Under the pieces are notes generated by a model. That model was given only the letters and a program-made list of their open reading frames with translations. It did no database searches and was not told where the DNA came from. A DNA stretch of 64,000 nt from an uncultured Spirochaetales bacterium (lineage in GTDB: Bacteria > Spirochaetota > Spirochaetia > JAFGXN01), in assembly GCA_949289575.1 (NCBI GenBank), contig CASEOG010000001.1, positions 24,671 to 88,670 of the forward strand. The letters are read 5' to 3'. How positions within the stretch are numbered: the stretch's first letter is position 1; every line of letters starts with the position of its first letter. This document shows positions 39,189 to 48,378 of the stretch, one piece after another. A program made the position numbers and the translations under genes.

Positions 39189-39995
39189 CTACTTCAGACT
39201 GACAATACAGTGAGAAGGACATTTTTCGACAGCTTCGTTTCGACTGCCTTTCTTATTATAATCGATTTTTGCCAAAAATCCATCCATAAAAAATCCGCCG
39301 TCCGGAGATTTTTTTGTACAAAGAGAACATCCGAGACAGCCGACACCGCAATCCTGTTTTGTCTGCACCCCTTTTCCCGGATGGGAACAGGCAACGGCGT
39401 AATCGGCCGACTCAGGAATCATTTGAATGATATTCATCGGACAAACGGAAAGACATTTTCGACACGAAATGCATTTTTTTCGGTCAATCACGACACGTCC
39501 GCTTTTTTCGCGGTAAATCGCACGCACGGGACATACATCCATGCAGCTGCCGCCGCCCAGACAACCGTACTTGCACTTTTTGGCCCCTTTGTAAAAAAGA
39601 GCCCGGGAAGTACAGTCGGCGAGTCCGTTATATTCGAAACTGAGGGCTTCGGAGGCAAACGGAAGGGCATGACAGGCAATAAAGGCCTTTTCCGGTTCTC
39701 CGGCTGCGGCCGTTTCCTGTCCCGTAATTTCGGCTATTTTAGCCAGCCCTTCGGCTGTCAGCGACGTACATTTGTTGGCGGGAGCCCCCTCCAGAATAAT
39801 GGCCTCGGCATAAGCGGCACAACCGGCGTAACCGCAGGCTCCGCAGTTGGCTCCGGGAAGGATTTCTCCGATTTGCTCTATCCGCGCTTCTTTCCTGACA
39901 GCCAAAAAATGGGAGGCCGACGCAATAATCAGTCCGAGAAGAAGACCGATGGCAAACACAATCAGAACAGAAACAAAAAGAATCAGAAAACTCAT
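39189..39995 (-). CDS. rnfB: Rnf electron-transport complex subunit B (polyferredoxin)
   Basis: An N-terminal transmembrane helix, then several CxxCxxCxxxCP 4Fe-4S motifs. Confidence 0.85.
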   Translation of the reverse strand: MSFLILFVSVLIVFAIGLLLGLIIASASHFLAVRKEARIEQIGEILPGANCGACGYAGCAAYAEAIILEGAPANKCTSLTAEGLAKIAEITGQETAAAGEPEKAFIACHALPFASEALSFEYNGLADCTSRALFYKGAKKCKYGCLGGGSCMDVCPVRAIYREKSGRVVIDRKKCISCRKCLSVCPMNIIQMIPESADYAVACSHPGKGVQTKQDCGVGCLGCSLCTKKSPDGGFFMDGFLAKIDYNKKGSRNEAVEKCPSHCIVSLK

Positions 39996-40003
39996 GTGCC
40001 CTC

Positions 40004-40600
40004 CTATACTCCCGGAAAGAGATTGGAAATCATCGAACTGTTAAAGGCCATAAAAGCAAGTGCCATCGCTCCCGCCGTAATAAACGCGATCGGCACACCG
40101 CGAAACGGTGCGGGAACTTTTTCCAGAAGCAGTTTCTGACGGAGAAAGGACATAATTACCAAAACCATCAAAAACCCGATTCCTCCCGACATACCGGCAA
40201 CAAACGATTCCAGCGGTCCGAAATTTTCATCAACGGAAATAATCGCAATACCGAGAACGGCACAGTTGGTGGTTATCAGCGGCAGATAAATTCCGAGTGC
40301 TTTGTACAAAGCGGGAGAAAGTTTCCGGATAACCAGCTCCACCAGCTGCACCAGAGAGGCAATCACCAGAATAAAGACGATTGTCTTTAAAAATTCGATT
40401 CCCAGGGGGGCCAGAATTGCATGATAAACAGCCCATGTCAGCAGAGAAGAGATTGACATAACAAAAATAACGGCAAACCCCATACCGACAGCCGATTCGC
40501 GGTTCTGCGAGACCCCGATAAACGGACACAGCCCCATAAACTTCGACAAAATAAAGTTATTGACCAGAACAAACGAGAAAAAGATGACAATCAGATTCAT
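40004..40600 (-). CDS. rnfA: Rnf complex subunit A
   Basis: 198 aa with six transmembrane helices in an RnfA/NqrE-like profile. Its position in the rnfCDGEAB order fits. Confidence 0.85.
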   Translation of the reverse strand: MNLIVIFFSFVLVNNFILSKFMGLCPFIGVSQNRESAVGMGFAVIFVMSISSLLTWAVYHAILAPLGIEFLKTIVFILVIASLVQLVELVIRKLSPALYKALGIYLPLITTNCAVLGIAIISVDENFGPLESFVAGMSGGIGFLMVLVIMSFLRQKLLLEKVPAPFRGVPIAFITAGAMALAFMAFNSSMISNLFPGV

Positions 40601-41256
40601 GCGGCAGCTCCTTTTCTTTTTTCTTTATCTTTGCGTCCGGGGCGGCTCCGATACGCTTTCAAAGCGTTGATTCCGGCAATCACGAATCCCATGACAAACA
40701 GAGCCCCGGCAGGAGTTGCCAAAACGGCCGCCGGCGATTCGCTGAGTCCCGGTATCACAAAACGGTAAACAACGGATCCCGATTCCCACAATGTCAGCGT
40801 CCCCGATCCCAAAATTTCGCGGATAAAAGCTATCAGCATCAGAGAAAGGGTGAACCCGATTCCCATTCCCAGACCGTCGAGAACGGAAGGTATCAGCCGG
40901 TTTTTACCGGCAAAAGCTTCCGCCCGCCCCAAAACAATACAATTGACGACAATTAACGGAATAAAAATGCCGAGACCGCTGTAAAGGACGGGAGAAAATG
41001 CTTTCAGGACCAGTTCGACGATTGTCACAAATGTCGCTATAACGACGATATAACCGGGAATCCGAACCTGATTCGGAATCACTTTCTTTAAAAGGCTGAT
41101 AACGGCATTGGAGCAGACCAGAACAAAAATAACGCCCATTCCCATACCGATTGCATTAAAAAATTTCCCGGAAACTCCCAATGTGGGACAAAGTCCCAAA
41201 AGAAGGACCAATACCGGATTTTCCTTAAAAATTCCTTTTGTCAGTTCTTTGATCAC
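40597..41256 (-). CDS. rnfE: Rnf complex subunit E
   Basis: 219 aa, an RnfE/NqrD-like membrane protein. Confidence 0.85.
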   Translation of the reverse strand: MIKELTKGIFKENPVLVLLLGLCPTLGVSGKFFNAIGMGMGVIFVLVCSNAVISLLKKVIPNQVRIPGYIVVIATFVTIVELVLKAFSPVLYSGLGIFIPLIVVNCIVLGRAEAFAGKNRLIPSVLDGLGMGIGFTLSLMLIAFIREILGSGTLTLWESGSVVYRFVIPGLSESPAAVLATPAGALFVMGFVIAGINALKAYRSRPGRKDKEKRKGAAA

Positions 41257-41906
41257 CGGAGACCTCCTTCGGCAATAAAAGCCGATCCGACAGCCAAAGC
41301 TCCCGCGACGGCTTTAAACGTAACGGTTGCACCGGCGACGGCATCCGAATCGCTTTTCGGCAACTGTTCCCGGCTTTGCGGAACCGGCCGGCTGCCGCCG
41401 CTGCCGCGGAATTTTTCCATGTACCCGGGAAGCGCCGCCTTTTTGCCGATTCCGGGTGTCTCCGAATCGCTGACAACAACGGCATCGATGACCGAACCGT
41501 TTGTATCGTAGTAAGCCAGAAGAATCATATCGCCGCCGTACCCTTTCCCGATCAGTTCGAGAACATAACCGAGCATAATCCCGCCGTCATAAACATCGTA
41601 GGCACGCACAATTCCGGCACGGTTCTCGATCTCCCGACCGTTTTGAACGGCCGCTGTTCCGTTCGGATTTTTTGCCTTTGTTTCGATTTTATGAAAGCCG
41701 GCACCGTAAGCGGTATCGATACTCTCGTTTCCGCCGTTGACCAATGCATTTAAAGCAGAAGCGGTCATTTGTGCCGTATTCCGGTCTATCAGCGGTTTTG
41801 TGAATTTATAAACAAAACCCAAAAGCAGGGCGGCAACAGCACAAATTAAAGCGAGAACGGCCGCAATGCGGAGAATTTCGAGGCGGTTTTCTTTTGTCAG
41901 TTTCAT
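41253..41906 (-). CDS. rnfG: Rnf complex subunit G (FMN-binding)
   Basis: 217 aa with an N-terminal anchor and an FMN-binding domain containing the conserved ...SGATVT... covalent-FMN threonine context. Confidence 0.8.
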   Translation of the reverse strand: MKLTKENRLEILRIAAVLALICAVAALLLGFVYKFTKPLIDRNTAQMTASALNALVNGGNESIDTAYGAGFHKIETKAKNPNGTAAVQNGREIENRAGIVRAYDVYDGGIMLGYVLELIGKGYGGDMILLAYYDTNGSVIDAVVVSDSETPGIGKKAALPGYMEKFRGSGGSRPVPQSREQLPKSDSDAVAGATVTFKAVAGALAVGSAFIAEGGLR

Positions 41907-43018
41907 GCTTTTTCTCCTTTCTTTTTCCGTTTAACCCCGAAACGTCGCGGAATAAAAAGCCGGTCAAGCATCGGGACCGTTAAATTCATAAATACGATAG
42001 CCAGCGAAACTCCTTCGGGAAACGAACCGTAAAAGCGGATCAAAAAGGTCAAAAGCCCGCAACCGACACCGAACAGCAGCATGGCTCCGCTGCGGAACGG
42101 CGAGGTCACCATGTCGGTCGCCATAAAAAAAGCACCGAGCATCAGACCTCCGGTTAAAACCTGGTAAAGCGGATCGCCGGAAAAAAAGCCGGTTCCCGCT
42201 CTCAGTCCGCCGAAAACCCAGACCAACAACGCAAAGGTTCCGATAAATGCGGTCGGGATTTCCCAACGAATAATTCTTTTCGCCAACAGAAAGAGCCCTC
42301 CCGAAAGCAGGAGAAAAGCGGAAATCTCGCCGATACATCCCGACTTAAATCCGAAGAAAGCATCGAAATAACCGCTGCAGAAATTTTCTCCTGTCCAGGC
42401 GTTAATCCGATCCGTTACGGCCAGATCCCACCGGGTGACGGGATAATGTTTTAAGGCAATCAGATCGGCTTCGGAGGCAATCGACCCGGCATATTCCGAA
42501 ACGGAACTTTTCAGAAACGACAGCGGTGTTGCCGATGTGACGGCATCAGCCGTCGAGGAGAGAAAAACCCGCGGTGACTGAAACGTAAACATCGCCGAAG
42601 ACCAGGAAAAAAAAGCAAACAGACGTCCGCCCAATGCCGGATTGACAATGTTGCACCCCAGTCCGCCGAAAACCGCTTTAAACACAATAATCGCAACAAA
42701 TGAGGCGGCAACGGGAATATACAGAGGAATCGACGGCGGCATGTTCATGCCGACAAGTAATCCCGTTAAAACGGCCGAACCGTCACCCAAGGTATTCTTT
42801 TTACGAATCAGACAGACGAGACCCTCGGCAACCGCCGCCGAGACAATCGAAACAACCAAAACAGCCAGAGAATAGAACCCGAACTGAAACACTCCCCACA
42901 GTGCCGCCGGAAGCAGGGCCAGAATCACATACAGCATAATTTTTCCGGTCGACAGGTTTCCTCTGATCTGAGGAGAAGATACAACCGAAAAGCGGAATTC
43001 ACTCTTTTTATCTTTCAT
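41903..43018 (-). CDS. rnfD: Rnf complex subunit D
   Basis: The N-terminus FRFSVVSSPQIRGNLSTGKIMLYVILALLP aligns with the E. coli RnfD N-terminus ([29 protein letters not shown]). Confidence 0.9.
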   Translation of the reverse strand: MKDKKSEFRFSVVSSPQIRGNLSTGKIMLYVILALLPAALWGVFQFGFYSLAVLVVSIVSAAVAEGLVCLIRKKNTLGDGSAVLTGLLVGMNMPPSIPLYIPVAASFVAIIVFKAVFGGLGCNIVNPALGGRLFAFFSWSSAMFTFQSPRVFLSSTADAVTSATPLSFLKSSVSEYAGSIASEADLIALKHYPVTRWDLAVTDRINAWTGENFCSGYFDAFFGFKSGCIGEISAFLLLSGGLFLLAKRIIRWEIPTAFIGTFALLVWVFGGLRAGTGFFSGDPLYQVLTGGLMLGAFFMATDMVTSPFRSGAMLLFGVGCGLLTFLIRFYGSFPEGVSLAIVFMNLTVPMLDRLFIPRRFGVKRKKKGEKA

Positions 43019-44340
43019 CCCATTTTTCTCCTCAATATCTTTCCTTTTTTAAATGCCTGAACCAGGTAAAGACCGGCCGGACAGGTATAAGAACAGCACC
43101 CGCACTCTTTGCAGTCGGACAGACCGGCTTCAGCCGCCTTTGCGTACTCACCCGCCTGTATCAGCTTATAAAGGGTCACGGGAGCCAGTCCCATCGGGCA
43201 GACGCGGACACAACGGCCGCAGTGAAGACAGGCTGTTTCCGCCTTCGTCCGAATTTCTTTGGCTGTCAGCGCCAGAATACCGCCGGTTCCTTTGGTAACG
43301 GGTGTATTCCAGTCGGCCAGAGCAAACCCCATCATCGGACCGCCGATAACAATTTTTTTGACTTTCGAGAAGTCGGTACCGCACTCGGACAGTAAATCTT
43401 TTACCGGTACACCGATACGGGTCTTGAGATTGGCCGGATGGGCAACCGCTCCGCCGGAAACCGTCACAATCCGTTCCGTCAGAGGACGGCGTAAGACGAC
43501 GGCATCATAAACAGACTTTGCCGTTCCGACATTGCAGACAACACACCCGACCTCAATCGGTAAAGCTCCGGAAGGAACCTCTGCCCCCGTAACGGCCTGA
43601 ATCAGCTGCTTTTCGTCTCCCTGCGGATAGCGGACTTTCAGAGATTCCACAATATACGGTCGTCCGGAGCGGGCAACCGCTTCTTTCATTTTTTCGATTG
43701 CCTTCGGTTTATTGTTTTCGACAGCAATGATGACTTTGGCCGCATCCGTAATTTTGGCAACGATATCGATTCCTTCAAGTACTTCTTCCGTATATTCCAG
43801 CATAACACGATAATCGGCACACAGGTACGGTTCGCATTCGACTCCGTTGATAATTAAAAAATCGGCTTTCTTCCCTTTCGGAACAGCAATCTTGACATGA
43901 ACGGGAAAAGTCGCTCCTCCCAAACCGACCAGACCGGCTTCACGAATCATTGCCAAAAGTTCTTCCGAAGACATACGGGCCCATCCGTCATTTACCCGCC
44001 GGTCACTGACCGGTTCGAAAGGTCCCTCGATTCGCAAAAAAACAGCCCGGCTTGAGGATCCGTTCGGCAGAATCAAAGGCTCGACCTTTTCGACCACTCC
44101 CGGAAACGGACAATGAACATGAGCCGAAATCGGCCCCGCAGCCTCTCCGATGCGCTCACCTTCACGAACCGTATCGCCCGGTTTAACAAGACACTCTGCC
44201 GGTGCCCCCAGATGCTGCCCCATCGGTATCACGGCCGTCTGTCCGAAATAGCTGTTTCTTACCGGACAATCGGCAGCCGGAGCTTTTTTGTCGTCGGGAT
44301 GAATCCCGCCTCTCCCAAATGTTTTCAATCGATGCTTCAT
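43015..44340 (-). CDS. rnfC: Rnf complex subunit C (NADH-binding, 2x[4Fe-4S])
   Basis: Two CxxCxxCxxxCP motifs near the C-terminus. The start is taken as the Met of MKHRLKTFGRGGIHPDD, which matches RnfC N-termini; the ORF-track extension to 44436 would overlap the upstream gene by 100 bp. Confidence 0.85.
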   Translation of the reverse strand: MKHRLKTFGRGGIHPDDKKAPAADCPVRNSYFGQTAVIPMGQHLGAPAECLVKPGDTVREGERIGEAAGPISAHVHCPFPGVVEKVEPLILPNGSSSRAVFLRIEGPFEPVSDRRVNDGWARMSSEELLAMIREAGLVGLGGATFPVHVKIAVPKGKKADFLIINGVECEPYLCADYRVMLEYTEEVLEGIDIVAKITDAAKVIIAVENNKPKAIEKMKEAVARSGRPYIVESLKVRYPQGDEKQLIQAVTGAEVPSGALPIEVGCVVCNVGTAKSVYDAVVLRRPLTERIVTVSGGAVAHPANLKTRIGVPVKDLLSECGTDFSKVKKIVIGGPMMGFALADWNTPVTKGTGGILALTAKEIRTKAETACLHCGRCVRVCPMGLAPVTLYKLIQAGEYAKAAEAGLSDCKECGCCSYTCPAGLYLVQAFKKGKILRRKMG

Positions 44341-45836
44341 ACTTTTCCCTTTATTTTTTTCAACCGTAACGGCCCCGAGGGGATACGGAAGAACGGAATC
44401 AATAATACAAAATACAGTACGGAGAAGAGAATCCACAGAAGGCAGATTCCGACAGAGACACTGTCTCCTGTCGGCTCTTCTGCTGCCAGAAAACAGCGCG
44501 AAAGAGGATCATTTCCCGATTTTTTCATTATACTGTCGAAACCCCGTTCTGTAAATATTTCCGCTATGATTTTTTCGGCATGAATCCCGCCGTCTTTATA
44601 ATAATATTCGGTAATAAACACTTCGGTCCCCGGCTGAGGCAGTCTGTCCATTTTTTTGTACCGGTAACAGTATTGAAACACCTTTTCTTCCAGATAACCG
44701 ACCGCATTCAGGACACCGCGCGGTTGCCGTGAAGCCTGTTCGTAAATTGCTGTGTAAGAGGATGAGGGAAGATAAAAACCGCTCTCGCGAGTCATCACGC
44801 TGCCGGCGGGAAAACGGGAAAAAACGGTATACCCGACGGGAACGGAAAGAAGCACGACTCCCAAAACCAACTCGACAGCAGCCGCCTTTAACGGTCTGCG
44901 AAACGCATCTCCCATTAAAGGCCTGAAAACCAGACGCGTTTGTTTTAAACCGCTCTGTCCGCGTTCGAACGCCGCCGCCCCCCACAGCAGTCCCGTCGCG
45001 GCCATGGCCACGGCCGCAACAGCACCGGCCCGCTCGCCGGAAACCAGTAACGCCGGCAAAACGGCACAGAAAACAGCCGCCGCCCCCTCTATGATAATCC
45101 GCCTTCCTTCACGGCGGGAGACAGTATTAACCCCTGTCGCCATTCTGTATTCGCGGTGCGGCGCCCATTTTCTCCACAGCGAAAGAAACATATTGGGAAT
45201 AAAAACAGCTGCCCATAAAACAGCGGCGCTCCCCGAAAGAATCACAGCGGGAAAGATAACAGCGGGATACAGCAGCGCCCGCCGTGCCCGCCGCTGAATG
45301 ACCAGCGTCAGAACGAAACAAATGGTGGCGGTTATATAGAAGAAGATCCGGAAAGCAACGGGAGCCCTCTCTCTGTCATTTATCAAAAGTTCCGCTTCGG
45401 GATACTTCCTCTGCCATTCGTCAAAGAAAGCATCCTCGGGCTGACCGGCAGGAAAGAACAGCCGGAATTTCCGTCCGTTCTTTTCGATATCATACAATTC
45501 GGGAAGCGCGCGCAAAAAAGGCGTCATTCGGTCGTCATCGGGAAGAAAGCGTCCCCGAAGATCGTCGACCGTCAACCGTTCGGGATTGTAATGATCCAAC
45601 TGAAGCTCCAGATTTCCCGCCGACCGAAACGATATGCCCCGACTTTCCAAAAACGCGGTAAACCTGTCGGCGTATTCGACAGGAACGCCTGTCGAAATAC
45701 CGCCCTCTGTCGGACTGCCCTTCAAAAAACGGAAAAAAGAGAGACCGTACAGTACCGCCAGAGAGACAATCAGAAAAAAAACAAGCCGGCGGAAACGTTT
45801 GCACCGGCCTCCGCGGGAATCGGAATACTCCTCCAT
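44337..45836 (-). CDS. Hypothetical polytopic membrane protein, translationally coupled to rnfC
   Basis: 499 aa with several hydrophobic helices and no recognisable catalytic motif. Its stop overlaps the rnfC start in an ATGA arrangement. Confidence 0.35.
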   Translation of the reverse strand: MEEYSDSRGGRCKRFRRLVFFLIVSLAVLYGLSFFRFLKGSPTEGGISTGVPVEYADRFTAFLESRGISFRSAGNLELQLDHYNPERLTVDDLRGRFLPDDDRMTPFLRALPELYDIEKNGRKFRLFFPAGQPEDAFFDEWQRKYPEAELLINDRERAPVAFRIFFYITATICFVLTLVIQRRARRALLYPAVIFPAVILSGSAAVLWAAVFIPNMFLSLWRKWAPHREYRMATGVNTVSRREGRRIIIEGAAAVFCAVLPALLVSGERAGAVAAVAMAATGLLWGAAAFERGQSGLKQTRLVFRPLMGDAFRRPLKAAAVELVLGVVLLSVPVGYTVFSRFPAGSVMTRESGFYLPSSSYTAIYEQASRQPRGVLNAVGYLEEKVFQYCYRYKKMDRLPQPGTEVFITEYYYKDGGIHAEKIIAEIFTERGFDSIMKKSGNDPLSRCFLAAEEPTGDSVSVGICLLWILFSVLYFVLLIPFFRIPSGPLRLKKIKGKV

Positions 45837-45919
45837 GATAGTGATTATTATATATAAAAATCCCCTTTAAATAAAGAAAAATAGTTCACAAATTCGCAAA
45901 AAGAGAATATAATTTTTTT

Positions 45920-46774
45920 ATGAGGCTTCACTTCCCCGCTTTGTTTGTCAAAAAGAAAATTACCGTTTACGCCCTTGTCGGTCCGAGCGGCACGGGAAAA
46001 AGCTTTCGCTCCAAACTGGTTGCGGAATCACACAACATCGATGTTATCATAGACGACGGCCTTCTGATTAAGGGAAAGCAGATTCTTGCGGGAACTTCGG
46101 CCAAAAGAGCCGATTCGTATCTCGGCGCCGTGCGCATTGCCATCTTTGAAGACGAACAGCATCGGGAAGAAGTCAAAAAAGCGATTCAGGAAGAACATCC
46201 GAAATCGATTCTGGTTCTCGGTACAAGCGACAAAATGATTTCGCGTATCTGCGGAAGACTCGACCTTCCTCAGCCTTTTCTGACAATCAATATCGGTGAC
46301 GTTGCTTCGAAAGAGGAAATCGAGGCGGCTGTCAACGCCAGAAAACGGGGAAAACATGTGATTCCGGTTCCGATTATCGAAGTCGAAAAGAAATATCCTT
46401 CTTCGATCCTCAACGCCCTTCTGATAGCCTTTCCCAGGAATATATTCTCAAAAAAAAAGCGTTTTATCGAAAAAACCGTCGTCCAACCGGATTACGAATC
46501 GCCGGCCGGCACAATCACAATTTCCCAGGCAGCCTTAACCCAAATGCTGATGCACTGCACGGAAGAGTTTGACAAAGACATCAAAATCAAAAAGTTATTT
46601 ATCCGGGAGAACGGCAACACCTACATTCTTAAACTCGGCCTGGAAGTTCCCATTCATTCGTCGCTTCCGTTTCGACTCTCCGAACTTCGGCAGTTTATAA
46701 TAAAAAATATCGAAAAATATACTGGAATTCTTCTCGAAAAAGTCGATATTAATATAGTGAGTATGTCTCAATAA
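45920..46774 (+). CDS. Hypothetical protein with an N-terminal P-loop (Walker A) domain and a C-terminal Asp23/Gls24-like region
   Basis: Walker A (ALVGPSGTGKS) lies within the first 30 aa. The C-terminal 100 aa (...TITISQAALTQMLMHCTEEF...LKLGLEV...GILLEKVDINIV) resemble the Asp23 (alkaline-shock protein) fold. Confidence 0.4.
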   Translation: MRLHFPALFVKKKITVYALVGPSGTGKSFRSKLVAESHNIDVIIDDGLLIKGKQILAGTSAKRADSYLGAVRIAIFEDEQHREEVKKAIQEEHPKSILVLGTSDKMISRICGRLDLPQPFLTINIGDVASKEEIEAAVNARKRGKHVIPVPIIEVEKKYPSSILNALLIAFPRNIFSKKKRFIEKTVVQPDYESPAGTITISQAALTQMLMHCTEEFDKDIKIKKLFIRENGNTYILKLGLEVPIHSSLPFRLSELRQFIIKNIEKYTGILLEKVDINIVSMSQ

Positions 46775-46797
46775 CAATACAGAAGAGGAAAGAGAGA

Positions 46798-48312
46798 ATG
46801 AAACGTTTTTTATTTATCCTATCGGTGACCCTTCTTTCAACCGCAGCCTTTGCCCAATTTTCCGATAAAGTAGTCGAAAGCAAATACTACCAGGTTTACT
46901 TTCAGGAAAACGAAAAAGAGGCCGCACTGATTGCCCAAAAGCTGGACGCCTACTTTGATTTCTACAACAACTACTTTCATTTCGACACATCGGAAATGAA
47001 GAGCCGTCTGAAAGTCAAAATTCTCGGTTCGAAAGAGGCCTACCTCGATTATGTTTCAACGGCAACCGCCATTTCCGAACCGGTATCCACTTTTCTGTTT
47101 ATACAGTACAGGGATGCCTCAAAAAGCGAACTGATCGGATACCGCAAAGACAATACCGAATTCGAAGACACCTTAAGCCATTACAGCTTCATTCAGTTTT
47201 TCAGAAACTTTATTACAAATCCTCCCCTCTGGCTTGAAAAAGGATTTGCCGTTTATTTCGGAAAATCTTTTTACTCGACCTCGAAAAACGCCATTGTGTA
47301 CAAAGAAAATCTGACATGGCTTAACACCTTAAAATCTTTTCTCGACACCGAAAATCCCTCTTTAATCGATTTGAACACTCTTTTTTCCATGAGCAATGAA
47401 GATGTCGTTAAAAACAGCGATCTTTTCTACGCCCAATCCTGGGGTCTCGTCAAATTTCTCATCGAAAACCAGCAGGCGGTTTACAACCGAGTCATTTGGG
47501 ATTCCATCAACAAACTGAAACCGGCTGCATCGAAAGAGGAAAACGAACAGAATGCCAAGCAGGCCTTTGCCTGGCTGGATGCGACGCGATTTTCGAAGGA
47601 TTTTTACGAATACATTACAGCTCTGAAAACATTCCCGCAGCTTGTCGACAGCGGTATTTCTCTTTATGAAAAAGAAGAATACAGCGATGCCAAAATCGCA
47701 CTGATTAAAGCGATCGCGATGGAAGACAAAAATTATATTCCGTACTATTATCTGGGATTAATCCACTATAACACGGAAGATTACGCTATGGCCGACTTCT
47801 ACTACAATTCGGCAATTCAGATGAACGGCGACAAAGCCATCTGTTACTACGCATTGGGTGTGAATGCGTTTGCCGAACAGAATTACGAAAAATCGATTAA
47901 ATGTCTGAAAACAGCTGTTGCCTATTCCGCAGAATACAAAGAAAGAAGCGATAAAATTATCGACAATATCCGAACCATTTTAAGACTCCAGAACAGGACG
48001 ATGGATATTGACGCCATTCAGCCCTACCCCGAAACGACAGCCGTCGAAGAGGAAGAGGTTGCGATTCGTCCCGATATTACGGTGACAACAGTCGAAACAC
48101 AGAAAGAAGAAACGCCGGTCGAAACAACGGCGACAGCCGAAGAGCTTCCCGTTAAAACCGCTCCCGAAACGGTTACACCCGAGAAGGAAAGCAGCAGCGA
48201 AATCCGGGAAACACCTGCCGACACGGTTAATGCCCCGGCTGCTCCTGCCGACGAAGAAGTCAGCCGTTTGCGTCTGAACAAGGATACGGGCGAATACATG
48301 TCCGCAAACTGA
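46798..48312 (+). CDS. TPR-repeat exported protein
   Basis: A signal peptide is followed by TPR-like repeats (...YYYLGLIHYNTEDYAMADFYYNSAIQMNGD...) and a C-terminal Glu/Thr/Pro-rich low-complexity tail. Confidence 0.6.
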   Translation: MKRFLFILSVTLLSTAAFAQFSDKVVESKYYQVYFQENEKEAALIAQKLDAYFDFYNNYFHFDTSEMKSRLKVKILGSKEAYLDYVSTATAISEPVSTFLFIQYRDASKSELIGYRKDNTEFEDTLSHYSFIQFFRNFITNPPLWLEKGFAVYFGKSFYSTSKNAIVYKENLTWLNTLKSFLDTENPSLIDLNTLFSMSNEDVVKNSDLFYAQSWGLVKFLIENQQAVYNRVIWDSINKLKPAASKEENEQNAKQAFAWLDATRFSKDFYEYITALKTFPQLVDSGISLYEKEEYSDAKIALIKAIAMEDKNYIPYYYLGLIHYNTEDYAMADFYYNSAIQMNGDKAICYYALGVNAFAEQNYEKSIKCLKTAVAYSAEYKERSDKIIDNIRTILRLQNRTMDIDAIQPYPETTAVEEEEVAIRPDITVTTVETQKEETPVETTATAEELPVKTAPETVTPEKESSSEIRETPADTVNAPAAPADEEVSRLRLNKDTGEYMSAN

Positions 48313-48325
48313 TTTGTAAAATCAT

Positions 48326-48378
48326 AATAAAAAAAGCGGCGGGCCGGATTTATTCCGATTTTCCCGCCGCTTTTTTTT
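48326..48378. terminator. Bidirectional rho-independent terminator between convergent genes
   Basis: An A-tract (aataaaaaaa), a stem (agcggcggg at 48335-48343 pairing with cccgccgct at 48363-48371) and then T8. The hairpin overlaps the last codons of the minus-strand gene. Confidence 0.5.
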
